Shown here piece by piece: positions 18,645 to 28,569 of a stretch of DNA of 64,000 nt; within the stretch, counting starts at the first letter, position 1; the number at the start of each line of letters is the position of its first letter. Both the position numbers and the translations under genes were made by a program. The notes under the pieces are model-generated. The model was not told where the DNA came from, did no database searches, and was given only the letters and a program-made list of their open reading frames with translations. The stretch is taken from IMG/VR virus record IMGVR_UViG_3300009095_000014, positions 1 through 64,000 of that record. One strand, 5' to 3'. The stretch is from a virus (lineage: Duplodnaviria; Caudoviricetes).

Positions 18645-19610
18645 ATGGCGTTAGCCAACACTATCTTTAGTGGAGCGGGTACCGACGACCTCGTCACTAA
18701 AGACGCGTACCAAGTCAGCAGCAGCGCCCCGATCAACAATGCCCCGGTGCCCACCAAGACCTACAGTGCCCCAGGCAGTTCCTCATTCAGCTTCGACAAG
18801 GGTCTCATCAAAGATATCCGCGACGAGTACGGTCTGAGCCCTGACGACATCAACGACCTGTTGGGTGAGGCGGTAGTCGGTTCTCCTACCACGATGCTGA
18901 AAGGCATGGGTGAAGAACGAGTCAGTAAGCTGTTTACCACGGTCGGTGGGGCGTCGATGGCCGGAGGGACAATCAAGGTCGGTGACACGGTATCCTTCCT
19001 GTCCGGAAACCCGTCGAAGATCAAACAGTTCGGAGATCTGCTTAGCTCTTACATGGGCAAGACGGCGGGGTCGTTTCTGGGGACCGGTGCCGAAGCGGGG
19101 ATCGTCGGTGCGCTGTTTGAAATGGCCATCGAAAACAAAGCGTACGATGTCCTCGCCAAGATCCAAGCCAAGGTGGTCAACGAGGATGCTCTGCTGTTAG
19201 CGGGATTGTCCTCGTTCAGTGCCGCTCTGGCCAGCGGTGATCTGAACGCCATCCGTGCCCTAATGGACATCATCGAGGACTGGCGGGTCGGACCGAACTT
19301 TCCCACCTCGGTGGAACAGGTTTTGGCGAACTACCGTGATGACTTTGACGATACCAAGTCCGCCGAAGCCAAGTCGCAGTTGCTCTTGGACACCCTGCAT
19401 CGGATCGACAGCCGCTGGATGTACATCAAACGGAATGGGCAGTGGATTCCTAACCTGGCCGTCTTTGCAGGTGCCTCCAGCGATGCGATCGCCGCGCTGC
19501 AACTGTCTGACGATCACCGGACGTTTGCGACCATCGCCAGCAGCTACCCGGAACGGGATACCCTGTCCGTCCTGCAAGGGATGTACCCTGGTGTGTACTT
19601 CAAACCGTGA
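18645..19610 (+). CDS. Conserved phiKZ-like virion (probable tail/baseplate) protein
   Basis: 321 aa, AGGAGG RBS; located next to the gp182/gp181-like block. Confidence 0.6.
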   Translation: MALANTIFSGAGTDDLVTKDAYQVSSSAPINNAPVPTKTYSAPGSSSFSFDKGLIKDIRDEYGLSPDDINDLLGEAVVGSPTTMLKGMGEERVSKLFTTVGGASMAGGTIKVGDTVSFLSGNPSKIKQFGDLLSSYMGKTAGSFLGTGAEAGIVGALFEMAIENKAYDVLAKIQAKVVNEDALLLAGLSSFSAALASGDLNAIRALMDIIEDWRVGPNFPTSVEQVLANYRDDFDDTKSAEAKSQLLLDTLHRIDSRWMYIKRNGQWIPNLAVFAGASSDAIAALQLSDDHRTFATIASSYPERDTLSVLQGMYPGVYFKP

Positions 19611-19613
19611 CGA

Positions 19614-19645
19614 CATAAGGGGAGGGCGCCTGCCCTCCCTCTATG
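19614..19645. terminator. Bidirectional hairpin, CATA...TATG family
   Basis: cata-ag-gggagggc GCCT gccctccc-tc-tatg between convergent genes. Confidence 0.75.
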
Positions 19646-19649
19646 CCGG

Positions 19650-21671
19650 TTACTGACGGGCCGTTTCCAGCGACGCCGCCTTGACCACTTCGCCAATCAT
19701 GCCATCCATCGCCCACGCCGAGACACGAGCAGCACTGTACCACTGGTTCTGCTCAGCCATCATCTGGGTCATGCGCAAGCGCATGCGCCGGGTGATGTTG
19801 ATCTGCGATTCCAGTGACAGGGCACCCAAGATGGCGCAATACTCGGTGAAGAGGTTATCTTCGTCCCACGTACTGGGCGCCAGCGCATTGGCAATGGCCG
19901 AGCCGTTCTCGCCCCCTTGGGTGATGTTCGTACCCAGTGTGGCGTTGGCTACAGCCTCGACCCCTTCCCCGATGAGCTTGCCGGCACCACCTAGCAGGGC
20001 GTTGCTCAGCGTGTAGCGGCTCTGAAGGGGCATGTGGAACGCACTGGAGAGGTCCACAATGCTCAGGGTCACGTCACAGCCTAGGAACTTGCCGGTGTTG
20101 GTCCAGCCCACGTCACCCACACCCCGTGTGATGCTTAGACTTTCCACCATCCCCAGACGGATCTGGGTACGACCCCGGTTGAACATCTCAAAGATGAACG
20201 GGCTGGTGTACGACTGTTTACCGGTCGACAATGGAACCGACAGCGCAACTAGGGCACACAGCGGGATGATGATGTTTTGGAACCGCGCCCGGTCGTGAGC
20301 ATAAGGAGACCGAAGAGGAATGGTCAACGAGGTACGGTTCATGTCCGCCGTGGATGAATCCCACGTCTTGGGGATGTCCACAAATGCCGAACCGGCCAGA
20401 GCTGCCATACCGTGCACTTCCACCGCCGACAAAGCACCGTTGATAAAATCACCGATGGCAGACACCAAACTGCCGGCACCTTCAATGGCATTGCCGTCGG
20501 CCATGTTAAAGCGCATCGAACGCGCACCGGAGGACATCGAGTTGATCGTCGAGGCGATCCCCGACTCCTTAACGCTGGTGCTGAAGGATTCCGCTTGCGT
20601 GCCCGTATGGTCCACCCGGAAGGAGACAAAGTCCCCACCGACCCGGCGAGTAGCGCGCAGGTAATCCTTAAAGCTGGTGGCTCGGGAAGCGTCATCAGAT
20701 TCGGGCAGACCCGGCTCAGGCTTGCTCACCGATTGCTCGGGGTCGTCACTCTCGGCAAGACCGTCCGGTGAGTTGAGGTACAACTCCATGTACTCTTCGA
20801 TGCTGATGTTGGACAGTTTGCTCACTGCCTGCTTGGCATCCCACGACTGGATGTTTCGAATCACTTCACGCGCTGACACGTTACGTTTGGACGCTTCGTT
20901 TTCGATGGATTCGTAGAACGAGTCTGCCAACCGCTGTGCGCGGGTGGAGAGGGAGAAGATGTCGATACCACCATCGGCACGGTAGATCGACGGGTCCATT
21001 TTGTGGAACAGAGCGGCTTCATCATAATCGGGACTTTCGCCATCGTAATACACCATCCCCAGTTCTTCGGTCATCACCCGTGGTACCAACCCGAGGTTCA
21101 CCCCGATGGCGTTACTCATGGTCGACACCGCTTGCCAGTACAGGAACATGGTCGGCTTGAGCGAGTAGTAGCGACTGGCTGGGCGGTTGATCATAAAACG
21201 GATCAACTTGGCTACCGCTAGGATCGGTTGCAATCCCATCGACAGGATCGTACCAGTGGTCTTACCCAAATAGAAGAAAGTCGACAGTCCCCGGCCCTCG
21301 TTGGCCAAGGTGGCAGCTTCCACGTTATAGAAGTCCCCGAAGAAGCGGGTCAGGCTGTTAAAGCGCGGGACACCCACGCGGAAGTGCACCACTTGTTTGT
21401 TGTCGTCAATGACCTCGCTGTACCAGCGCCCCATGCCATCACCCGGCGTGTAACTACTCTTGTGGCGAATGTCAGTGTAGCGACTGGGTTGTGGGAAGGG
21501 ATTAAGGACGAAGTTACCACCCAAGGTGGTGTCGGTGAATTTCTGAGCCGAGGTGGTGTACAGGCGCCGCAGCACGTCGTACTCCACATCGATCCCTTCG
21601 GTGGGCAGGAGGAACGATTGGCGAATCCAACTCGTGTCCTTGGGTTTCTTTTCCGTTGACATAACGTCCAT
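19650..21671 (-). CDS. Baseplate/tail protein (phiKZ gp182-like)
   Basis: 673 aa directly downstream of the giant tail lysozyme gene; YSLKPTM..YW, G.VESLSITRG motifs. Confidence 0.65.
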   Translation of the reverse strand: MDVMSTEKKPKDTSWIRQSFLLPTEGIDVEYDVLRRLYTTSAQKFTDTTLGGNFVLNPFPQPSRYTDIRHKSSYTPGDGMGRWYSEVIDDNKQVVHFRVGVPRFNSLTRFFGDFYNVEAATLANEGRGLSTFFYLGKTTGTILSMGLQPILAVAKLIRFMINRPASRYYSLKPTMFLYWQAVSTMSNAIGVNLGLVPRVMTEELGMVYYDGESPDYDEAALFHKMDPSIYRADGGIDIFSLSTRAQRLADSFYESIENEASKRNVSAREVIRNIQSWDAKQAVSKLSNISIEEYMELYLNSPDGLAESDDPEQSVSKPEPGLPESDDASRATSFKDYLRATRRVGGDFVSFRVDHTGTQAESFSTSVKESGIASTINSMSSGARSMRFNMADGNAIEGAGSLVSAIGDFINGALSAVEVHGMAALAGSAFVDIPKTWDSSTADMNRTSLTIPLRSPYAHDRARFQNIIIPLCALVALSVPLSTGKQSYTSPFIFEMFNRGRTQIRLGMVESLSITRGVGDVGWTNTGKFLGCDVTLSIVDLSSAFHMPLQSRYTLSNALLGGAGKLIGEGVEAVANATLGTNITQGGENGSAIANALAPSTWDEDNLFTEYCAILGALSLESQINITRRMRLRMTQMMAEQNQWYSAARVSAWAMDGMIGEVVKAASLETARQ

Positions 21672-21682
21672 CCGAATAAAGA

Positions 21683-21700
21683 GGGGGACCGAAGTCCCCC
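21683..21700 (-). terminator. Intrinsic terminator, TTCG loop on minus strand
   Basis: Minus strand: gggggac TTCG gtccccc + tctttatt, 8 nt after the gp181-like stop. Confidence 0.8.
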
Positions 21701-21707
21701 TATCAAG

Positions 21708-24700
21708 TTACGCCCGGTTGCGGGACATGGCCACCGGAACTTGACGTTCCGATGCGGGTCGATTGGGTAGGTAGAGTTCGTCAGGCGAAGCGGCTTTAGC
21801 CACATCGCGATCCTTCTCCTTGCCAACGAACTGACCGATCAACTCGACCAGTTGCGCGAGGCGTGCATCCATCGACGTCTGCACACTGACAGACTTGCCA
21901 GTCTCGTCAACCACCGCTGACAGGTTTTCGTTCATAGCATCATTGTTCACCGCCAGTTGCTTCTCGACGGCTTCTCTGTGACGCTGGTTTCCAGCAGCGG
22001 CCACCAGATCCGAACTGACCGCAGGGGCTGCCGAGGCGACGTCAGTGACCTGACTGCTCTGGGCATCTGCGGCTCCGGCTTTCTTCAACGCCAGCTTGGC
22101 TGCTTGGGCACGGTACATCGCCTTGTCAACGGCTGAGTTACTGCCGTTACGCGACTTGACCAGCAGGTCTTGGACTTCAGGGTCATTCGAATCTTCCGGA
22201 CGAACATTCCCCGAGGTCACCACTGATGTAACCGAACCACCGTCCACCGTGGCACTGGTCGACTCCGTCACCGCCACATCGGCGCCAGTGCCCGCCGTCA
22301 AGTCGTGTTGCCGTGCGCCCTTGGCAAGCTTCTGGGCGAACAGCTCGTAGACCTGTGCAACGGTACGCGGCACCCCTGAAGAGGTGTAGAAGATCGACTG
22401 GTTAGCCTTGGCGGCACCCGGTGTGACGTGCTTGATCGCCGGATCATTGCTCGGGGCCTTGAGGAACCGCTTAGCCCCAGCTGGACCGAGGAAGTGCGCC
22501 AAGTACAGGTCGGTCTCGGTAACCGGGCGACCAATGCCCTTGAGCGCGTCGGCGTTTTCCTTCAGGTACTCCATGCCCATCAACGATGAGGCCCGTGCGT
22601 CGGTCTGAGGCGTACCCGGATCAATCCCGTACTTCGCCCCGTACTTCTGCAACATGGTTTTCCACGTGCTGTCGATGAACTGGAACAGGCCACTGGCACT
22701 GCTGGTCGCTGCCTTGATACCCGGACGGAACGCCGATTCCACCGCTGCGATGGTCGCTGCAATCGCCGGGTCAAACCCGACCATCTTGGCTGCACCGACA
22801 ATGGTGTCTTTCACCGCCGCCCAACCCGAACCGGCAGCATCGGGGATCTGGTCTATCAAACCACCAACCCCACGACCTACCGCTCGGATCGCCTGACCGG
22901 CTCCGGAGATCACCCCAGCACCGACTGCACCGACGGCATTGGCCGCCATGCCCAGCCGACCTCCGGTCATGTCGTTCGCTGTCTGAGCAGCAGACTTGAC
23001 CATGTCCATCCCGGCACTTGCTGTAGACTTCAACCAGTCCCAACCGGACTTGAGCTTATCCTTAGCTGTACCGGCGATGTCCTTCGCCTTGTCCCACGCA
23101 TTTGCCAAACCTTCCTTGGAACGCTCGTACAGGGACTTCTCTGCCGGATCAGTGATCTTCTTATCCTTGGTATCGGTACCGATACTGTCAATGTTGGCCA
23201 GTGCACTTTCCCGCGTACTGGTTGCCACACTGTCCGCCCATGGGGAGAGCGGAATCGACCACACCGAAATGGACTTACCGTCCACGATACCTTGGGCTTC
23301 AATCACCGCCATCAGCACCGCCTTGAGCTTTTCATTGCTCAGCTTGGACTCGGCTTGGTAGACTTCAATGTCACCTTGTGCCTTCACCGCCGTGCAGTAC
23401 GAGAGGAACACCGGAATGAACCGGGTGTTGAACCACGCCAGCCACTTGGACTTGCTCTCCGGAGAGATCAGTTCAAAGGTCCCGGCAAACCGATCCAACA
23501 TCGTGACATCGCTGCCCTTGAACGTGGCCATGCCTTGCTGATACGTGACCAACTTGAGCACTTCCAATTCCAACTGCATCAGGGCGCGTATGCGACTCTG
23601 TTCCAGAACACCCAGGCCATACGCCTTGATCCGCACCAGCTGACCCACAGACAACTTGGAGTAGCTGTCCTTATCGCCAAGTAGCCAGTTCATGGCACTG
23701 GTACCCCAGCTCGAACCGAAGCCGAGGGTCACCGTACCGAGGGCCACATCCAACCCCTTGGCCGTCCATTTCTTCCAGCCTTGCAGGGTGGTCTCTTCTT
23801 TGAGGTTGAAGGTCCGACCCGACGGGTCCAGCACCGATTGGCTTTCCGTGATAACCTTGTTGCCTTGGATACCCGTCTTGCCATCGGCGGACACGGTGCC
23901 CTTCTGCTGGGGCTTTTCTTTGTCCTTGAACTCAGCGTAGGCTTCCTTGACCCACTTGGCAATCTGTTCCGGACCTTGGGTTAGCGGCTCGTCTTCAAGC
24001 GGACTGGTGAGGTCGGTAAAGTCATGCGGTCCCGTCAGTGTCTTCACCCGGTCAATGTAGTCCGAGGCTTTCTCTTTCGGGATCATCTTGTCCAGCTTCT
24101 TCAGGGTGCGTTCACCCGTAATGGAGTGGTAGACCGTGGCATGATGTTCGAAGGTCGGACGGAAACGGTTCTCGTACCACTGGAGCCAGTTGCGCATGCG
24201 CAGTTCCGATTCCTCAGACTTGTCTTCCAGATTGATGTCGAAGATATCCAGGGCATCTTTAAGGTCGACTTTGCTGCCGGCAATGCGCGTGCCTTTGGCC
24301 GACCAGTGGGTTTCCTTTTCCACCATGGCTTCCAACTTGACCATCTTGTTGACCAGACCGGTGTCTTCAGGATCGACACCGTACTGAGCCATGCGGATGC
24401 AGGTCAATGGATCAGGTTTCCGGGTGAACCACTGGTAGACCTCGTACGCTGTGTAGGCTACGCCGGCCGCCGCCAGCATCGTACCGATCGCCGGTGCACC
24501 CAGTACCGTGGCCGCGCCACCGAGGACTGCGCCAGCACCCCTCATCAACAGCTTACCGCCGACGAAGCGTGCACCGTGTCCGAGCGCGGAGCCTGCACCA
24601 CGGACCAAGCCTTTCTTACCGGCTTTCTTGGCCGCTTCCGCTGCGGCCTTTTTGGCGTTCTTTGCAGCTTGGTTGTTGAACTTCGGCGACTTCAGCTTCT

Positions 24701-27700
24701 TCCCTTTCTTTTTATTTTTGCCGTCACGGTCCAGGTCCGGGACATCGCTGTTAGAGAAGATGTCCTTGATCGTCCCTGCTGCACTGGCCGCTGCCTTACC
24801 ACCGGCCAGTGCCATCAGGAAGCCCTTGATCGCCGCAAAACCCGTCCCGATCGTCCCGATCAGTCCGGTGATGCCGGTAATCGCCATCGGAAGCAAATTG
24901 GTCAGGAACCCCATGATGCTCCAATTGCGCTTCTTCCCATCCGGTCCCACGGTAGTGACTTTATCGTCCTTCTTGCGGTTGCGCTGTTCCATCCAGGAAC
25001 CGATGCGGGTCTTCTTCACTTTGGCTTTTGGATCGAGGTACTTCAGGATCTGGGTCTGCACAGCCAGCTGCGAATGCAGCAGGGTGATGCCGTCTTCCCC
25101 AAAGTTACCGGTCAGTCGAACGGTTTCGATACCAAAGCCGCGCTTGATGAAGTTACCGATCGAACGGGACATCCGTGAGGCAATGGCGCCGCCAATTCGC
25201 ATCGGAGCGGTGAGCATCCGCGCTGCACCCGCCGCCGCATCGAACAGGCTACCGACCATGTTACCACCGGCACCAAAGATCTTGTCGGTGATGGTCGTCA
25301 GTCGTTCTTTGTTCAGGGCGCGCAGCCCACCGGCCGCTTTCAGTTCCTCGGCGGTCACCACCACCCGACCCCAACGGTCCGTTACCGTACCTTTGATGTC
25401 CTTGTAAGACTTGATGACCTTCCCGGTAGCCTGATCGAGGTAGCCACCATCACGCATGATGTTTGCCACGATACGCGGGGACTTCTCGCCGACGAGGTAA
25501 CCGTCTTTGAGCTTACGCCATTGCGTGGCGATACCACCGCCGACGTTACCTAGCAAGCCGCCCACTGCGCGGAATGGACTGGTGGTCACGTCCTTGGCGA
25601 ACTGACCTGCAAAACTGGACATCTTCAACCACAGTGGTTTACCCTTGGAGTCACGCAATCCTTCGGCGTATTCCTTGGCCGTGATGATGATGTTGCCAGC
25701 CTTGTCACGGACTTCCCCGGTGATGTCTTCCCATCGCTCGATCCACTTGCCCGACTGGACATCGAAGTACTCTTTGGCTTTGAGCTTATTCGTTTCCAGC
25801 TTGGTCAACAGGTTTTCGCGCAGACGCTTGGCATTAGTCTTGGTCTCGGTCAGCTTCTTGCCAACCCAGCCAGTCAGGGTCGCCATCTTAGGCAGGGCAA
25901 ACCCGGCCAGTTTGAACGAGCCGGTACCGAGCTTCTTGTAGAGACTCCCCATGCCTTTTATGTACCCTCCAGCACCCTTAACCAATCCCTTTGCGCTGCC
26001 GGAGATCTCCTTGAACACCCCTCGGTCAAAGCGACCGAAGAAGCCGCTCATCTTTTCGCCGATCTTCTGGCGAATCGAATCGGGAGCGCCAGCCCCAGCA
26101 CCGAAGTTGGCACTGGTCAGGACATCACGGATGGCCATCAACAGCTGTGAATTCTCTTGACGGTACTCGGCGAAGTTGCCGGTACCGCTGAGGATGGCTT
26201 CCTTAATGGCCACCAGTTCCGCATGTACTGGCGACTGGAACGACAGGTACTTGTTCAGAGCACTGTCACTGATGTTCGCACCACGGGCAGCTTTCTTGGT
26301 GTCGCGCATGTTCTCCATTTCCTTGAGAACCGCACGCATCTTGCCGGATATGCCATCGTCACGGCTGAACAACCCGCGCTTACCACCGGTAGCCGATGCT
26401 TGACTGGCAGTCACTTCATCGTCAACGTCATCCTCGTCATCCATGAAGCGTGCACCGGCCCGTTCCTTGTTCAGGGCCTGAATACGCATCATGTGCTCAG
26501 TGCGCGATTCACCCGGCAAGGCTTGGTTGCGGTTAGCCCAGCGGGACTTGAGGTCCATCTCTTCGTCGGTCAGCGCCCGTTCGTTGAGAATCAGGTTATC
26601 CAGCGCTTCCCGATCGATGACATCCTCACGACCCACCCGGCGGATCAACCCCATCTTACGCAAGGAGTCTTTACCAAACACATCCACCACCGCACGAATA
26701 CGGTCGTCAATGCCCGGCATGTAGTCCTTGAGCTTGGAGGCTTGCGCCTTGAGGTCAACGATCTTGGTGCGGTTCTCCGTGGTCTGGCTGGTGTGGAACT
26801 TGCCATCCGGGTCGAGATCGAATTCATCCGTGAAGAACTGAATGAGTTCGTTTTGCACCTCTTCACTGACCCCGGTCCAGGACTGACGCTGAGCGTAATC
26901 TTCCGGTGAGAAGTCAATGCCCGATTGGGTGTCACGCAACAGGCGCCGGCGGAAGGCCGCACGGGCTTCATCGGAAATGGGCTTACCGTTCAACGTCTTG
27001 TCAATGAAGGCATCCAGTTCCGACTTGGCGTTGATGTTTTCCTGACGGTCCGAGACGAACCGCTTCATGTCGTTGAGCACCGACTTGGAGCCGGTCAACG
27101 TGCCGCGTTGCAGGTTGTATACCTGCATGTCGTCATCCACCTTCCCGGTGGCCGTGGCCTTGGTCCAGTGGGCGATGTGCGACAGGTAGGTTGGGATGAC
27201 CTCAATGATCGACTTGCGGGTCAGGTTGTCGAAGATGGCCGGTTGGTCCATCTCCATCATGCCCTTACCACCGACCGAGTCATTCAGGCCGTAGCGCGGG
27301 ATGGCGTCCTTGAACATCTGGGTAAAGAACGACCCGATACCCGTGCCTTTGGTTTCGCTGCGCGCATAGCGCATCATCCGCTCGGGGATGGCCGTGAACA
27401 GCTCACGCATTGCCAGGTTACCCTTGGCAATGTGCTTGTTCTTCCCGAGAATCGGCTTGAGCTTGTTGGCGCCCCATTGCGTGGCTTCGTCGAAGACCAA
27501 ACTACCCAGCAGCGAACCGCTGTTGACCATCTTGTCACCGGGCATGCCGTTGTCCAACATCCCCGCCACCGAGTCCACATGACCGAGGGCACCCTTAACC
27601 ATGTTGGTCAGGTTACCCATCATGCGTTCACGGAAATCACGGGTGAAGTTGGCAATCGAGTTCAGGCCCGCTTCAGCCATGCGCTGCTTGAGCAGCATAC

Positions 27701-28505
27701 CGGCCATTTCGTGCTTCTGGATCTTGACCGCTTCCGGCAAGGCGGTGTTCTTTACCACCGACTCCAGCGCACCGATCATCTTCTCTTGGGCGACGTTGGT
27801 CACCGAGAGCAGGTCACGGGTAGCGAAGTAATGACGGAATTGCAGCTCCAGCGACTTCTGATGGTACTTCGACAGGATACTGTCTTGGTAGCCCACCATC
27901 CGATCGATACCCTTGGCGATGACTTGCGCATTGCTGAGCAGGTCGTTTCGCTGTTTGGTTTCGATCTGGGTCTTGACCATCTCCTCAGCCCGGTCTTGAC
28001 TGCGCTGCTCTTGCTGCGCCTCCAGCTGGGTCTTGAAGATCTCACCGATCGCCGAGGTGATCTCGCTGTTTTCCGCTTCCTCTTTGCGGGCTTCTTCGGA
28101 CTGATACCCGTCGTCACCCTGACCGAGGTTGTCAATCTTATTCTGCAACCAGCGCGGGAGCTTTTCCTTGGTCTTCGGGCTGATTTTACCAACGGCACCC
28201 TTAACCAGACCGGTCAGCGGTTTTAGTTCTTCGGCGGCGGTATTGTATAGCTCCTTGGCCGAAGACAGGGCGGTGTCCTTGGCGTTCAATGCCAAGGAAT
28301 AACCCGGTGGCAGTGACAGACGTGCAATACGCTCCAGCTGCTTAGGGTTGGTCAGTTCGTCCTTTATACCTTCTTTAAACCCTGCTGCCAGCTTGGTGGT
28401 AGGCTTGCGGTCATCGTTCTCGCCACCCCCATCAAAGTCGGGGATGTCGAAGTTTAAATCATCGTCAAAATCAAAATCGTCTAGGTCAAAACTATCATTG
28501 GCCAT
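21708..28505 (-). CDS. Tail-associated lytic transglycosylase / tape-measure-like protein (phiKZ gp181-like)
   Basis: 2265 aa; C-terminal SLT domain (IAAVESAF, ASGLFQFIDSTW, YLAHFLGPAGA); central hydrophobic Gly/Ala segments; head-to-head with vRNAP beta'. Confidence 0.92.
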   Translation of the reverse strand: MANDSFDLDDFDFDDDLNFDIPDFDGGGENDDRKPTTKLAAGFKEGIKDELTNPKQLERIARLSLPPGYSLALNAKDTALSSAKELYNTAAEELKPLTGLVKGAVGKISPKTKEKLPRWLQNKIDNLGQGDDGYQSEEARKEEAENSEITSAIGEIFKTQLEAQQEQRSQDRAEEMVKTQIETKQRNDLLSNAQVIAKGIDRMVGYQDSILSKYHQKSLELQFRHYFATRDLLSVTNVAQEKMIGALESVVKNTALPEAVKIQKHEMAGMLLKQRMAEAGLNSIANFTRDFRERMMGNLTNMVKGALGHVDSVAGMLDNGMPGDKMVNSGSLLGSLVFDEATQWGANKLKPILGKNKHIAKGNLAMRELFTAIPERMMRYARSETKGTGIGSFFTQMFKDAIPRYGLNDSVGGKGMMEMDQPAIFDNLTRKSIIEVIPTYLSHIAHWTKATATGKVDDDMQVYNLQRGTLTGSKSVLNDMKRFVSDRQENINAKSELDAFIDKTLNGKPISDEARAAFRRRLLRDTQSGIDFSPEDYAQRQSWTGVSEEVQNELIQFFTDEFDLDPDGKFHTSQTTENRTKIVDLKAQASKLKDYMPGIDDRIRAVVDVFGKDSLRKMGLIRRVGREDVIDREALDNLILNERALTDEEMDLKSRWANRNQALPGESRTEHMMRIQALNKERAGARFMDDEDDVDDEVTASQASATGGKRGLFSRDDGISGKMRAVLKEMENMRDTKKAARGANISDSALNKYLSFQSPVHAELVAIKEAILSGTGNFAEYRQENSQLLMAIRDVLTSANFGAGAGAPDSIRQKIGEKMSGFFGRFDRGVFKEISGSAKGLVKGAGGYIKGMGSLYKKLGTGSFKLAGFALPKMATLTGWVGKKLTETKTNAKRLRENLLTKLETNKLKAKEYFDVQSGKWIERWEDITGEVRDKAGNIIITAKEYAEGLRDSKGKPLWLKMSSFAGQFAKDVTTSPFRAVGGLLGNVGGGIATQWRKLKDGYLVGEKSPRIVANIMRDGGYLDQATGKVIKSYKDIKGTVTDRWGRVVVTAEELKAAGGLRALNKERLTTITDKIFGAGGNMVGSLFDAAAGAARMLTAPMRIGGAIASRMSRSIGNFIKRGFGIETVRLTGNFGEDGITLLHSQLAVQTQILKYLDPKAKVKKTRIGSWMEQRNRKKDDKVTTVGPDGKKRNWSIMGFLTNLLPMAITGITGLIGTIGTGFAAIKGFLMALAGGKAAASAAGTIKDIFSNSDVPDLDRDGKNKKKGKKLKSPKFNNQAAKNAKKAAAEAAKKAGKKGLVRGAGSALGHGARFVGGKLLMRGAGAVLGGAATVLGAPAIGTMLAAAGVAYTAYEVYQWFTRKPDPLTCIRMAQYGVDPEDTGLVNKMVKLEAMVEKETHWSAKGTRIAGSKVDLKDALDIFDINLEDKSEESELRMRNWLQWYENRFRPTFEHHATVYHSITGERTLKKLDKMIPKEKASDYIDRVKTLTGPHDFTDLTSPLEDEPLTQGPEQIAKWVKEAYAEFKDKEKPQQKGTVSADGKTGIQGNKVITESQSVLDPSGRTFNLKEETTLQGWKKWTAKGLDVALGTVTLGFGSSWGTSAMNWLLGDKDSYSKLSVGQLVRIKAYGLGVLEQSRIRALMQLELEVLKLVTYQQGMATFKGSDVTMLDRFAGTFELISPESKSKWLAWFNTRFIPVFLSYCTAVKAQGDIEVYQAESKLSNEKLKAVLMAVIEAQGIVDGKSISVWSIPLSPWADSVATSTRESALANIDSIGTDTKDKKITDPAEKSLYERSKEGLANAWDKAKDIAGTAKDKLKSGWDWLKSTASAGMDMVKSAAQTANDMTGGRLGMAANAVGAVGAGVISGAGQAIRAVGRGVGGLIDQIPDAAGSGWAAVKDTIVGAAKMVGFDPAIAATIAAVESAFRPGIKAATSSASGLFQFIDSTWKTMLQKYGAKYGIDPGTPQTDARASSLMGMEYLKENADALKGIGRPVTETDLYLAHFLGPAGAKRFLKAPSNDPAIKHVTPGAAKANQSIFYTSSGVPRTVAQVYELFAQKLAKGARQHDLTAGTGADVAVTESTSATVDGGSVTSVVTSGNVRPEDSNDPEVQDLLVKSRNGSNSAVDKAMYRAQAAKLALKKAGAADAQSSQVTDVASAAPAVSSDLVAAAGNQRHREAVEKQLAVNNDAMNENLSAVVDETGKSVSVQTSMDARLAQLVELIGQFVGKEKDRDVAKAASPDELYLPNRPASERQVPVAMSRNRA

Positions 28506-28569
28506 GACGTCCCCCTATTTATGGTGGGTAGAAGAGTTCATACCAACGTCGAGTAAAGCGGAGTTTGCC

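Noticed and set aside
28348-28569. Extended N-terminus of RNAP beta' overlapping the gp181-like gene
   Set aside because: Antisense to the acidic gp181 start; a GTG with RBS at 28570 is more plausible.
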